From assembly GCA_963779755.1 (NCBI GenBank), contig CAVZZO010000001.1, positions 2,301,666-2,365,665 of the forward strand: a DNA stretch of 64,000 nt, given 5' to 3'. The stretch's first letter is position 1. Every line of letters starts with the position of its first letter. Positions 18,426-26,824 of this stretch are shown in pieces. The DNA comes from an uncultured Gemmatimonadales bacterium (GTDB taxonomy: Bacteria; Gemmatimonadota; Gemmatimonadetes; Gemmatimonadales; GWC2-71-9). The notes beneath the pieces were generated by a model. That model did no database searches and was not told where the DNA came from. It saw nothing but the letters and a program-made list of their open reading frames with translations. The position numbers and the translations under genes are program-made.

Positions 18426-19198
18426 GTGAGACGATACCTGTTGGTTCTCGGGGGGGGGGCGCTAGCCCTCCTGGGTGGCTGCAGTGGCCCAGAAGTGGTG
18501 GGCAGTAGCTCGGGGTCGGAGCATGTGTTGGTGGGGAAGGCAAGCCCGTCTACCCAATCGGACCCGATGAACCGGTTGGGGGCGGCGCTGGCGCTTTCTC
18601 TGGTAATCCCGCCGTAGCATCCTGGGTCAGGACCTCCATCCAGGCATCTCCATTCGTGGAGTACAGGATTTCGCTGAAGTCGGACCTGGTGGCGAGTACT
18701 AAATCTCCGGCCATCCGGACCATTCTGGATGCCGCTGCATTCGGGGCCACGGAAGATACGCAGGTCCAATCCTTCCCGAGCCTGGAACTCTACCTGCCGA
18801 TCGACTCTCAGCGTCAACTCTGGACCGGCGCCCAGTCTGTGGACGTAGCAGTCAGGAATGTTGCGACGAAGGGCTACCGGATCTTCTCGGAGGATGGAAG
18901 CTGGCAAGATGTCCCTTGGGATTACGACCCCGGGAGCCGGATCACCTTCGTGCTTGCCAGAAGTGAGATCGATTACTCCGATACGACTAGTTCTCTGCGA
19001 GGTAGCCGGACCGGCGATGGGATCCTCCAGAGTGGCAACGGGCCAGCGAGACAGGACTGCACGCCCGAAACGTGCAACGGAGGTGGCGGAGGCGGAGGTG
19101 GTGGCGGCGGGGGCGGGGGAAGTGGTGACCCGACCCTATATACGAAATACACATATCCCAGTGAGCTCAGGATTCAAGTCACCGGGCAGGTACCGTAG
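18426..19198 (+). pseudogene. Putative lipoprotein, split by a one-base frameshift at ~18602
   Basis: GGAGG SD, signal with lipobox LGGC; adding one G at 18602-3 gives ..LALSLGNPAVASWVRTSIQASPFVEYRISLK.. continuing into ORF 18656-19198; CTPETC plus long Gly run near the end. Confidence 0.6.
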
Positions 19199-19223
19199 AC
19201 AATTCAAGGCTAAGGGTAACTCC

Positions 19224-19841
19224 ATGTCCAACGTGTTGCGGAACCCAGCGCCGTGGATGGCCGTTTCCATCGTCATGGCGGCGCTCGCTAGTTTGCCAAG
19301 CACATTGATGGCCCAACGGGCGCACGCCTCCCTCGAGATGGGCTCAATGAATTATGACGCCGGCGGAGATCTGAACTACCCGCTTCTGGGTGTTCGCTGG
19401 GCGTATGATCTCGGCTCCGGGCTTCGAGCAGGTATCGGGGCGGGCCGCTCTCGAATTGGCGCGGTTGTAGGCCCAGGCATTTTCCCGGGGGACGAGACGG
19501 TATGGCGAGGATATGGCGATCTGTCAGCTGTTGTCCGAAGGCCGTTCAAGGAAAGTACTTTGCCAATCGTCGATCATCTGAGTTTCAGTGCAGGGGTGAA
19601 CGCGGGAATGGTCCATGTGAGTGGACGAAGGCTGAACCAGGCTGCAATCGACAGCATTCCGTATCCGGCCGTCTTCAGTTCGCGGTATACCGGTCCTTCT
19701 GTCGGTGCCGAGGTCGTCGCTTCAATAGAAGTCGCTCCATGGCTGTCGCTGGATGGCCGGCTGCGCTATTGGAGAGATTTCATATTGGGAGGAGCGTTGG
19801 ATGATTGGGATCGAGCCCTGGGCTTTAGTGTGGCCTGGTGA
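19224..19841 (+). CDS. Putative outer-membrane beta-barrel protein
   Basis: Signal peptide ending LMA-Q, alternating amphipathic strands, C-terminal aromatic (LGFSVAW). Confidence 0.65.
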   Translation: MSNVLRNPAPWMAVSIVMAALASLPSTLMAQRAHASLEMGSMNYDAGGDLNYPLLGVRWAYDLGSGLRAGIGAGRSRIGAVVGPGIFPGDETVWRGYGDLSAVVRRPFKESTLPIVDHLSFSAGVNAGMVHVSGRRLNQAAIDSIPYPAVFSSRYTGPSVGAEVVASIEVAPWLSLDGRLRYWRDFILGGALDDWDRALGFSVAW

Positions 19842-19889
19842 AACACGACTGCGGAGAGTCTCGGTAGCCCCGTTCAGAAGGAGGATTAC

Positions 19890-20339
19890 ATGAGCTTGTC
19901 TGGATCAAGGAGACTTGCTGGCATAGTCGCCCTGTGCGCCACGGCTGTCTGTGCATGTAAGAGTACCCAAGCGGGTCCGTCACTGGCCTACGCTGGGACC
20001 TATCACGCATCTCAGAGTGGTTACCAAGCTTCCGTCCTGACTGTGACCGAGAACGGCGTGACTACGGATCTCTTGGCCAACGGTGCTGTGCTCAATATGA
20101 TGCTCAGTGATGATGGCGGCACCACGGGCCGTCTGTTCGCCCCCGGCGCCGACGAGGGGGGCGGGGATCTCGATGTGAGTCTGGACGGCACCTGGACCGA
20201 AACCAACGGGGTCGTCCACTTCACCCAGAGTGCCGATACCTTCATCCGCGACATTCCGTTCACCCTCTCGGGAAACCTCTTGTCCGGGACGTTCACCGAG
20301 CCTGGCCTCGAGGTTCGAGCGGTACTCGTGAAAGACTGA
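19890..20339 (+). CDS. Putative lipoprotein, beta-rich (lipocalin-like)
   Basis: AAGGAGG SD, signal ending AVCAC, AGTY and GTWT strand motifs. Confidence 0.75.
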   Translation: MSLSGSRRLAGIVALCATAVCACKSTQAGPSLAYAGTYHASQSGYQASVLTVTENGVTTDLLANGAVLNMMLSDDGGTTGRLFAPGADEGGGDLDVSLDGTWTETNGVVHFTQSADTFIRDIPFTLSGNLLSGTFTEPGLEVRAVLVKD

Positions 20340-20340
20340 G

Positions 20341-21095
20341 CATCGTGACGAAGGCACGAAGCAATTGGATCTGGTACGCGGCCAACCCGATTGCTTCGCC
20401 CCCGCTGTCACGCTGAGCGGAGCGAAGCGGCCGAAATCCTGCGAGCAGCTTCGGCCCCTTCGGCTGCTCGTCGGCCTCAGGGTGACAGCGGGCAATATGC
20501 CGACGCGCGCCCACGTGTATGAATTCACTGCTCGGCACACCGTGGCTGCGCCACGGGCATGGCCTTGAGATCGCGCGCCGCGCGCACCACCTCACCGATT
20601 GCTTCGTCCCCGCTACCACGCTGAGCGCAGCGAAGCGGCCGGAATCCTGCGATCAGCTTCGGCCCCTTCGGCCGCTCGTCGGCCTCAGGATGACAACCGT
20701 ACAAGTTGCTTCGTTCCCGCTGTCACGCTGAGCGGAGCGAAGCGGCCGAAATCCTGCGATCAGCCTCGGCCCCTTCGGCCGCTCGCGGCCTCAGGGTGAC
20801 AGCCGTGCCATATGCCGCCGTGCCGCCACCTGAACGAATTCACGGCTCGGCAGGCCGTGGCTGCGCCCCGGGCAAGATCGTGAGATCGCGCGCGTCGCCG
20901 CAGGCGACGCCGTGCCGAGCCGCGGTTTCAACCGCGTGAATGTGCGGGGCGCCAGGCGCCGGCGCGCACCGCGCACGACCAATTCTAGTGCTGGCTCCCC
21001 ACTGTCACGCTGAGCGCAGCGAAGCGGCCGAAATCCTGCGATCAGCTTCGGCCCCTTCGGCCGCTCCGCGGCCTCAGGGTGACAGCCGTGCCATA
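20341..21095. repeat. Mosaic cluster of four ~85-bp REP-like palindromes (about 20404-20489, 20612-20695, 20719-20803, 21002-21086)
   Basis: Each copy: TGTCACGCTGAGCG(G/C)AGCGAAGCGGCCGAAATCCTGCGATCAGCTTCGGCCCCTTCGGCCGCTCG..GGCCTCAGGGTGACA; linkers after copies 1 and 3 are homologous. Confidence 0.92.
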
Positions 21096-21135
21096 TCCTG
21101 TCAGCCTGACCGCACTGACCGCCCCGTCCTGTGCC

Positions 21136-21164
21136 TTGCCAATCCCGCTTAAGCTGTGTTAATT
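21136..21164 (+). promoter_or_regulatory. Putative tRNA promoter
   Basis: TTGCCA-17 bp-TTAATT with TG just upstream of the -10, ~22 nt before the tRNA. Confidence 0.55.
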
Positions 21165-21186
21165 CAACGCCTTCCAAGATCACCCG

Positions 21187-21274
21187 GGACAGGTGGCCGA
21201 GTGGTTTAAGGCGCACGCCTGGAGAGCGTGTGGCCCTCTCAAGGGGCTCGAGGGTTCGAATCCCTCCCTGTCCG
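21187..21274 (+). tRNA. tRNA-Ser (anticodon GGA), long variable arm
   Basis: Acceptor GGACAGG/CCTGTCC, discriminator G, D-arm TGGCCGAGTGGTTTAAGGCG, anticodon stem CACGC-CTGGAGA-GCGTG, T-arm GAGGGTTCGAATCCCTC. Confidence 0.96.
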
Positions 21275-21279
21275 TCCAA

Positions 21280-21371
21280 CGGTAAGCGGTGAGGGGTAAG
21301 CGGTGAGCGGGAGTGCCTGCCTGGAGATGGAGGCGCGTGCCCGCTCACCGCTTACTGCTTACCGCTCACCG
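21280..21371. repeat. Heptamer-repeat hairpin, family A
   Basis: CGGTAAG/CGGTGAG units ... GCGTGCCCGCTCACCGCTTACTGCTTACCGCTCACCG immediately after the tRNA. Confidence 0.9.
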
Positions 21372-21433
21372 TAAGGAACCGACCACGCTCTCAGGACGTT
21401 AGGTTAGGAAAGGAACCATACGAGGAGTCCCCC

Positions 21434-22354
21434 ATGCTCATCCGCCGTCCACCCGACATTGCGTCCTCCGAGATCACTCCCGAGGGGCTGTACCGCAGCC
21501 GGCGGGAGTTTCTCCAGGGGCTGGCGGCGGCGGGTCTGGCGGCGGCGGGGACGGCCCTGCTGCCGCGGTCGGCGCGCGGCGCAGTAGCTCCGGCCGACCC
21601 GGACAAGCCGACCTCGTATGAGGCGATCACCACCTACAACAACTACTACGAGTTCGGCACCGGGAAAGGCGATCCCAGCGACAACGCCGGGGGCCTCAAG
21701 ACCAGCCCGTGGAACATCACGGTCGAGGGCGAGGCGGGGAAGACCGGGACCTTCGCGGTCGAGGACCTGCTCAAGGGCTTCACCCCGGAAGAGCGGATCT
21801 ACCGGCACCGCTGCGTCGAGGCCTGGAGCATGGTCATCCCCTGGATGGGGATCCCGCTGCGGCAGGTGATCAACCGGCTGGAGCCGACCTCGAAGGCGCG
21901 CTACGTCCAGTTCACCACCCTGTACGATCCGAAGCAGATGCCGGGGCAGCGCTACAATATCCTGGACTGGCCCTATGTCGAGGGGCTGCGCATGGACGAG
22001 GCGCTGCACCCGCTGACGCTGCTGGTGACGGGGATCTACGGCAAGCCGCTGCTCAACCAGAACGGGGCGCCCCTCCGGCTCTGTATTCCCTGGAAGTACG
22101 GCTTCAAGGGCGGCAAGGCGATCGTCAAGATCCGATTCCAGGAAACTCAGCCGCGCAACACCTGGAATATCGCGGCACCCGACGAGTACGGCTTCTACGC
22201 CAATGTGAACCCCCACGTGGACCATCCCCGCTGGAGCCAGGCGAAGGAGCGCCGCATCGGCGAGTTCTTCAAGCGCCCCACCCTCATGTTCAACGGCTAC
22301 GCCGACCAGGTGGCGAGCCTCTACACCGGCATGGATCTGCGGGTGAACTTCTGA
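21434..22354 (+). CDS. msrP: Protein-methionine-sulfoxide reductase catalytic subunit
   Basis: SEITPE, Tat motif [56 protein letters not shown]. Confidence 0.97.
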   Translation: MLIRRPPDIASSEITPEGLYRSRREFLQGLAAAGLAAAGTALLPRSARGAVAPADPDKPTSYEAITTYNNYYEFGTGKGDPSDNAGGLKTSPWNITVEGEAGKTGTFAVEDLLKGFTPEERIYRHRCVEAWSMVIPWMGIPLRQVINRLEPTSKARYVQFTTLYDPKQMPGQRYNILDWPYVEGLRMDEALHPLTLLVTGIYGKPLLNQNGAPLRLCIPWKYGFKGGKAIVKIRFQETQPRNTWNIAAPDEYGFYANVNPHVDHPRWSQAKERRIGEFFKRPTLMFNGYADQVASLYTGMDLRVNF

Positions 22355-23019
22355 TGGCGCTGAAGCGCAGCACCCGGATCGGGCTCAAGGTGATGCTGTG
22401 GCTGGGGGCGCTGGTGCCGCTGGGGCTCCTGGGGTGGGCCATCTACACCGGCGAGCTGCTCCAGACCGAGCCGGTGAAGAATATCCAGCACCGGACCGGC
22501 CTGGCCGCGCTGATCCTGCTCTTCTGCACCTTGGCCATCACCCCCCTGCGCCGGCTGACCGGCTGGAATGACCTCATCAGGTTCCGCCGGCCGCTCGGGC
22601 TCTTCGCCTTCTTCTATGCCACGCTGCATGCCTTCAGCTACTTCGTCTTCGACCAGCAGCTCTCGCCCACCGGCATCGCCACCGACGTGGCGAAGCACCC
22701 CTGGGTGCTGGTGGGCTTCACCGCGTTCATCCTGCTCATTCCGCTTGCGCTGACGTCCACGAAGGCCTCGATCCGCCGACTGGGCGGCAGACGTTGGCAG
22801 CGGCTGCACCAGCTCATCTATATCACGGCCGCCCTGGGCGTGCTGCACTTCCTCTGGCTGGTGAAGAAGGACGAGCGGGAACCGGTGCTGTACGGCGTCG
22901 TCCTTATCGCTCTACTCGGGCTGCGGCTCGTGCCATTAGAAAGGCTGCGGCGGTTGGGAAAGGGACCGGGCATCAGGCACCAGGAATCAGGAAGCCGCAC
23001 CCCGCTCCCCGATTCATGA
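22354..23019 (+). CDS. msrQ: MsrQ heme-binding membrane subunit
   Basis: TG..AL..L..TLAITPLR, RRPLGLFAFFYATLH, W.RLHQLIY, LHFLW; TGATG overlap with msrP. Confidence 0.95.
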   Translation: MALKRSTRIGLKVMLWLGALVPLGLLGWAIYTGELLQTEPVKNIQHRTGLAALILLFCTLAITPLRRLTGWNDLIRFRRPLGLFAFFYATLHAFSYFVFDQQLSPTGIATDVAKHPWVLVGFTAFILLIPLALTSTKASIRRLGGRRWQRLHQLIYITAALGVLHFLWLVKKDEREPVLYGVVLIALLGLRLVPLERLRRLGKGPGIRHQESGSRTPLPDS

Positions 23020-23070
23020 ACCCGGGCCGGGGCCTGGTCCCTGGTCCCTGGTCCCTGATTTCTGATTTCT
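22960..23070. repeat. Heptamer-repeat hairpin, family B, overlapping the msrQ 3' end
   Basis: GGGACCGGGCATCAGGCACCAGGAATCAGG ... CCTGGTCCCTGGTCCCTGGTCCCTGATTTCTGATT. Confidence 0.8.
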
Positions 23071-23076
23071 CGTCCC

Positions 23077-23105
23077 TTGACAGGGTGCGCTTTGTGACGT
23101 AAAGT
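23077..23105 (+). promoter_or_regulatory. Promoter with overlapping palindrome
   Basis: TTGACA-17 bp-TAAAGT; CTTT-GTGACGT-AAAG dyad (23090-23104) spans spacer and -10. Confidence 0.55.
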
Positions 23106-23140
23106 ACTTCGGGAACCGACCACCGCCCGGAGCTCCGTCC

Positions 23141-23556
23141 ATGTCCGCCCTCACCCGCTTCTTCTATCCGCTGCCCGATTTTCGGCGGACGCCGCTCTCC
23201 CTCCTGCGCTGGTGGGAGTCACGGCGGCTGCAAGTACAACCTCCTGGTCGGCGGCGCCGGACTGGTCAGCCTGGCCATGATGGGGTTCATGGCGCTCCTC
23301 CCTCCCCACCCCTGGCCGGTCCGCTTCCCGCCGCTTGGCCTGATCCTGGTCTATGGCGTCATAGCCAACATCTGCTACGGCCTGGGCTGGCTGACCGAGA
23401 CGGCCATGGTGCGGCTCTGGGGCGAGGAGGCCCCGCTGGCGGGGCCGGTGCATGTGGCGGCAGGGGGTGATCTTCTCGGTGATGCTGACGTTGCTGCCCA
23501 TTCTGCTGGCGGGGGCGGACTGGGTGATACGGGTGGTGAGGTTCCTGACAGGCTGA
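23141..23556 (+). pseudogene. Three-TM membrane protein with two apparent frameshifts
   Basis: MSALTRFF..WWESRRL | YNLLVGGAGLVSLAMM..ANICYGLGW..LAGPV | MWRQGVIFSVMLTLLPILL..FLTG reads coherently across shifts at ~23232 and ~23451. Confidence 0.65.
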
Positions 23557-23561
23557 TGTAA

Positions 23562-23630
23562 GGGATCAGGAACCAGGAATCGGGAATCAGGGCACCCCAC
23601 CCCGGTTCCTGATTCCTAATTCCTGGTCCC
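23562..23630. repeat. Heptamer-repeat hairpin, family B, between convergent genes
   Basis: AGGGATCAGGAACCAGGAATCGGGAATCAGGG ... CCCGGTTCCTGATTCCTAATTCCTGGTCCCT. Confidence 0.9.
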
Positions 23631-26600
23631 TATCCTCCTGCCGCCGTCAGCCTCGCCACCCGTTCCCGCACTTCCTTCACCACCGGCTGCAGGTCCGGAT
23701 CGGCCGCCTTCCACAGATCCAGCAGCTCGGTATAGCGGGCGAGCGCCGCCTTGGGTTCCCCTTCTGCTCTTCCAGCTCGCCGGCCCGCTTGAGCACGCCG
23801 GGTCTGGCGTTGGGGTCCCAGTTGAGAGGGAAGATCGGGGCTGGGAGATAGCGATCGTACGCCGCCAGGGCCGAGTCGGGTCTGGCCCTGCATGTCCCAG
23901 GTGCGGCCGATCAGATCCATCGAGCAGCCGTTGCAGCGGAGATATCCCAGCCTGCTGGAAATAGCGGCGGGCCTCTGCGGGCCGCGTTCCGCCATCGCCA
24001 CATAGCCCTGCGCGTCAGGTACTGTCCAGTGTTGCCGCAGGTCGGCCGGCACGCCCCGTTCCCAGCGGGTGAGCAGGCGCGGGCCTGGGGGACGCGGCCG
24101 CCTCCGAGCCAGATTGATGAGGCCTGACCCAGGGGCGTTCGCCGGCAGGAATGCTGTCGAGCGGATGGTGCTCGCAGGAGGGCCTCCAGGTCCCGGGCTG
24201 ACCGGCTCCGGGTTCGCCCGCTGGTCGCCGTCAGGCCGCCGGCCAGGAGGACCAGCCGAGGACTTCGGCAACGGAACCGTTCGCGGTCTCCCGCTGCACC
24301 TGCTGGGCGATGATCGTCTCCGGCTTCCCGCAGGCGGCCCCGTACGATGAGGGCCGCGGCCTGTACGGCCCTGCCCCAGCGCTCGAAATTGGCCACTCCC
24401 CGGCCCCGCTCCACCAGCAGGCGGCCCAGCGCCGTGGCGGAATCTAGCCGGCCCTCCGCGTAGTTCAGCTCCGCCTCATAGCCGGTCGCCATCAGGTTGC
24501 CCGGAAGCTTGCGGGCTAGAGCGCCTGGAGGGTCCGTTCCGCCTCCGCCCTTTTCCCCGGCTGGAACTGCGCTTCCGTCAGACTGTTGAAATGCTGCCAG
24601 ACGCTGCTGTCGTTGGCGACCAGCGCATGGTGCGCCAGCGATTCTGCCTGGGCGCAGAGATGCTGGGTCTGATAGACCGACGAGAGGTTGTTCAACGCGG
24701 CAGGGTTGTCCGGATCGGTGGCGAGCACGGCCCGGTAGGCCGCGATGGTCTGCTCCCGGTCGTGGCGACACGCCGGAGTAGTAGAACGCCGCCGCCAGAT
24801 TCCGCTCGACCGGGGGCAGGCGGTCGCGGTGGCGGAAGGCCGCCGAGGCGGCGGCGACCATCTCACTGCGTTCGGCCCCCAGGTTGTCCAGGGTGACCGC
24901 CAGCTTGCGCCAGGCGGCGGCGAAGGCGGTATCCACCGACACCGCCTGACGGTACAGCCCAATGGCCTGGTTGAAATCCCCCTCGTGCTCGGCGTGCTCA
25001 CCCCGGGAGAAGAGCCGCAGCGCTTCCAGCGAAGAGGTCGTGACATCCTGCAGCGGCTGGGTATTCCGCAGCGAGCGATAGGACTCGCCGATCTGCTCCC
25101 GCACATGAGCGGAGAGGCGGTCCAGGGCGGGGAGGATGCCGGCCTGGTCGGTGGCGGTCTCCCGCGCGGCCGTCAGCTCGACGCCGTCCTTGCCGCCCAC
25201 CACCCGGGCCGACAGGACATAGCCCTGGCCCACCGACGCGATCTCGCCCAGGATAAGGGCCGGCAACCCCTCCCGCTCGGCGATCTCCCGCGCGACGGTG
25301 CCGCTCACCCGGGTGCCCTGCGGACGCTCCATCCGCTGCAAGACGCTGCTCACCTCCTCGTCCCCCAGCACATGCACGGTCGGCGACTGCGACAGGTCGA
25401 TCCGGAAGGCATCGCTGAGCGGCGCCGCCAGGGTCGAATCCGGCGTCTTGTTCTCGAAATCGGCTACCAGAATGCGCGCCTGGTCCGGCAGCTTGCCGGC
25501 CGAGACCAGCGTGGCCGCCGGCCCGATGCCGAACGCGCGCATGGCCATGAAGGCGCCCGCTGCCAGGGCCAGCACGGCGAAGGCGATGCCTCCGCCCATA
25601 AGCGCCTTCCGCCAGGTGAAGAGCCTCTTCATGCCCACCGGCGTCATGGTATGCACGCCGGTGGCGCGGGCCAGCGCGCGCTTCCGTTCCAGATAGCCGG
25701 TCAGCAGCATGATGGGCAGCCCGGCCGCCAGCAGCCCCAGCGCGCCCCAGAAGACCCAGTCGGGCAAGCCGGCGGCGTGGACCACCGCCCAGATCATCGC
25801 TGTCACCCCGATGGCGGCCAGAACGAAGAGGCCCGCCACCCTGGCAGGGTGCGCCTTGCGGGCCTTCGCCACGTAGTCCACTGCCGGTACCGGCTGGGTG
25901 CCCGTCGGGGTCATCCCGCCGCTGGGGGTGAGGATGGTATCGAAGGCCGGCAGCAGATCCTCCACCCGCTCGTACCGGTCGGCCGGGCGCTTGGCCAGCG
26001 AGCGCATGATGACCTCGGCCAGGACGGGCGGGCAGGCGGGGCGGCGCGAGGTAACCGGGTCGGGCCGCTGGGTGACGTGTGCCGCCAGCACCATCTGCGG
26101 ACTGGGGCCGGTGAAGGGCGGGGAGCCGGTCAGCATCTCATACGCCATGGCGCCCAGAGCGTAGATGTCGGCCCGGTGGTCCACGTGCGGATCGGCCGCC
26201 GCCTGCTCCGGCGACATGTAGGCCGGCGTTCCCAGTGCCACGCCCAGGGATGTCAACGATGAGTCGCCGCTGCTGGAGGCCACCGCCTTGGCGACCCCGA
26301 AGTCGGTGACCACCGCGTGCCCGTCGGCCAGCAGGACGTTGTCGGGCTTGATGTCGCGGTGCACCACGCCCTCGCGGTGGGCGTAGGCCAGCGCGTCGGC
26401 CACCTCGCGCAGGATGCGCACCGTCTGGCTCACCGACAGCTCGCCCTCGCGGGCGAGCCGCGCGCGGAGTGATTCGCCCTTGATGAAAGGCATGACATAA
26501 TACAGAAGATCGTCCGCGGAGCCCGCGGTAAGGAGGGGCACGACGTGGGGGTGCTGCAGCCGCGCGGCGAGCAGGATCTCCCGTTCGAAGCGCTCGGCGT

Positions 26601-26766
26601 TCACTCCGGCCGACATCTCGGGCGGGAGCACTTTGATGACGACCTTCCGGCCCAGCCGGACCTCTTCCGCCAGGAAGACGCGGCTCATCCCGCCGCCGCC
26701 CAGCTCCTTCTCGAGGCGGTAGGTCTGGCCCACGGCCTGCTGGACCCGTTCCTGGAAGTCCCTCAT
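23630..26766 (-). pseudogene. Hanks-type Ser/Thr kinase-3TM-TolB-like-TPR receptor; C-terminal third with multiple frameshifts
   Basis: GGGGMSRVF, VVIK, HRDIKPDN, DFG, GTPAYMSPEQ intact; TPR region continues in other frames (HDREQTIAAYRAVL; LDLWKAADPDLQPVV..RVARL) matching the neighbouring paralog. Confidence 0.85.
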
Positions 26767-26824
26767 CGGTACTCCAGACAGCTCGGCAGCACGCCCGAGG
26801 CGGCCGTGCAGGAGATTCCTCGCA

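Noticed and set aside
18450..18459. G10 tract as the phase-variation switch that repairs the lipoprotein frameshift
   Set aside because: G10 is already in frame with the lipobox; adding one G hits a stop within ~20 codons. The lesion is at ~18602.
20341..21095. CRISPR array or protein-coding ORFs in the palindrome cluster
   Set aside because: Repeats are ~85 bp, spacers are irregular (about 23-197 bp) and partly homologous, no cas genes; the ORFs are translations of repeats.
21187..21274. tRNA-Ser as prophage or ICE attachment site
   Set aside because: No integrase and no duplicated tRNA 3' end seen in the window.
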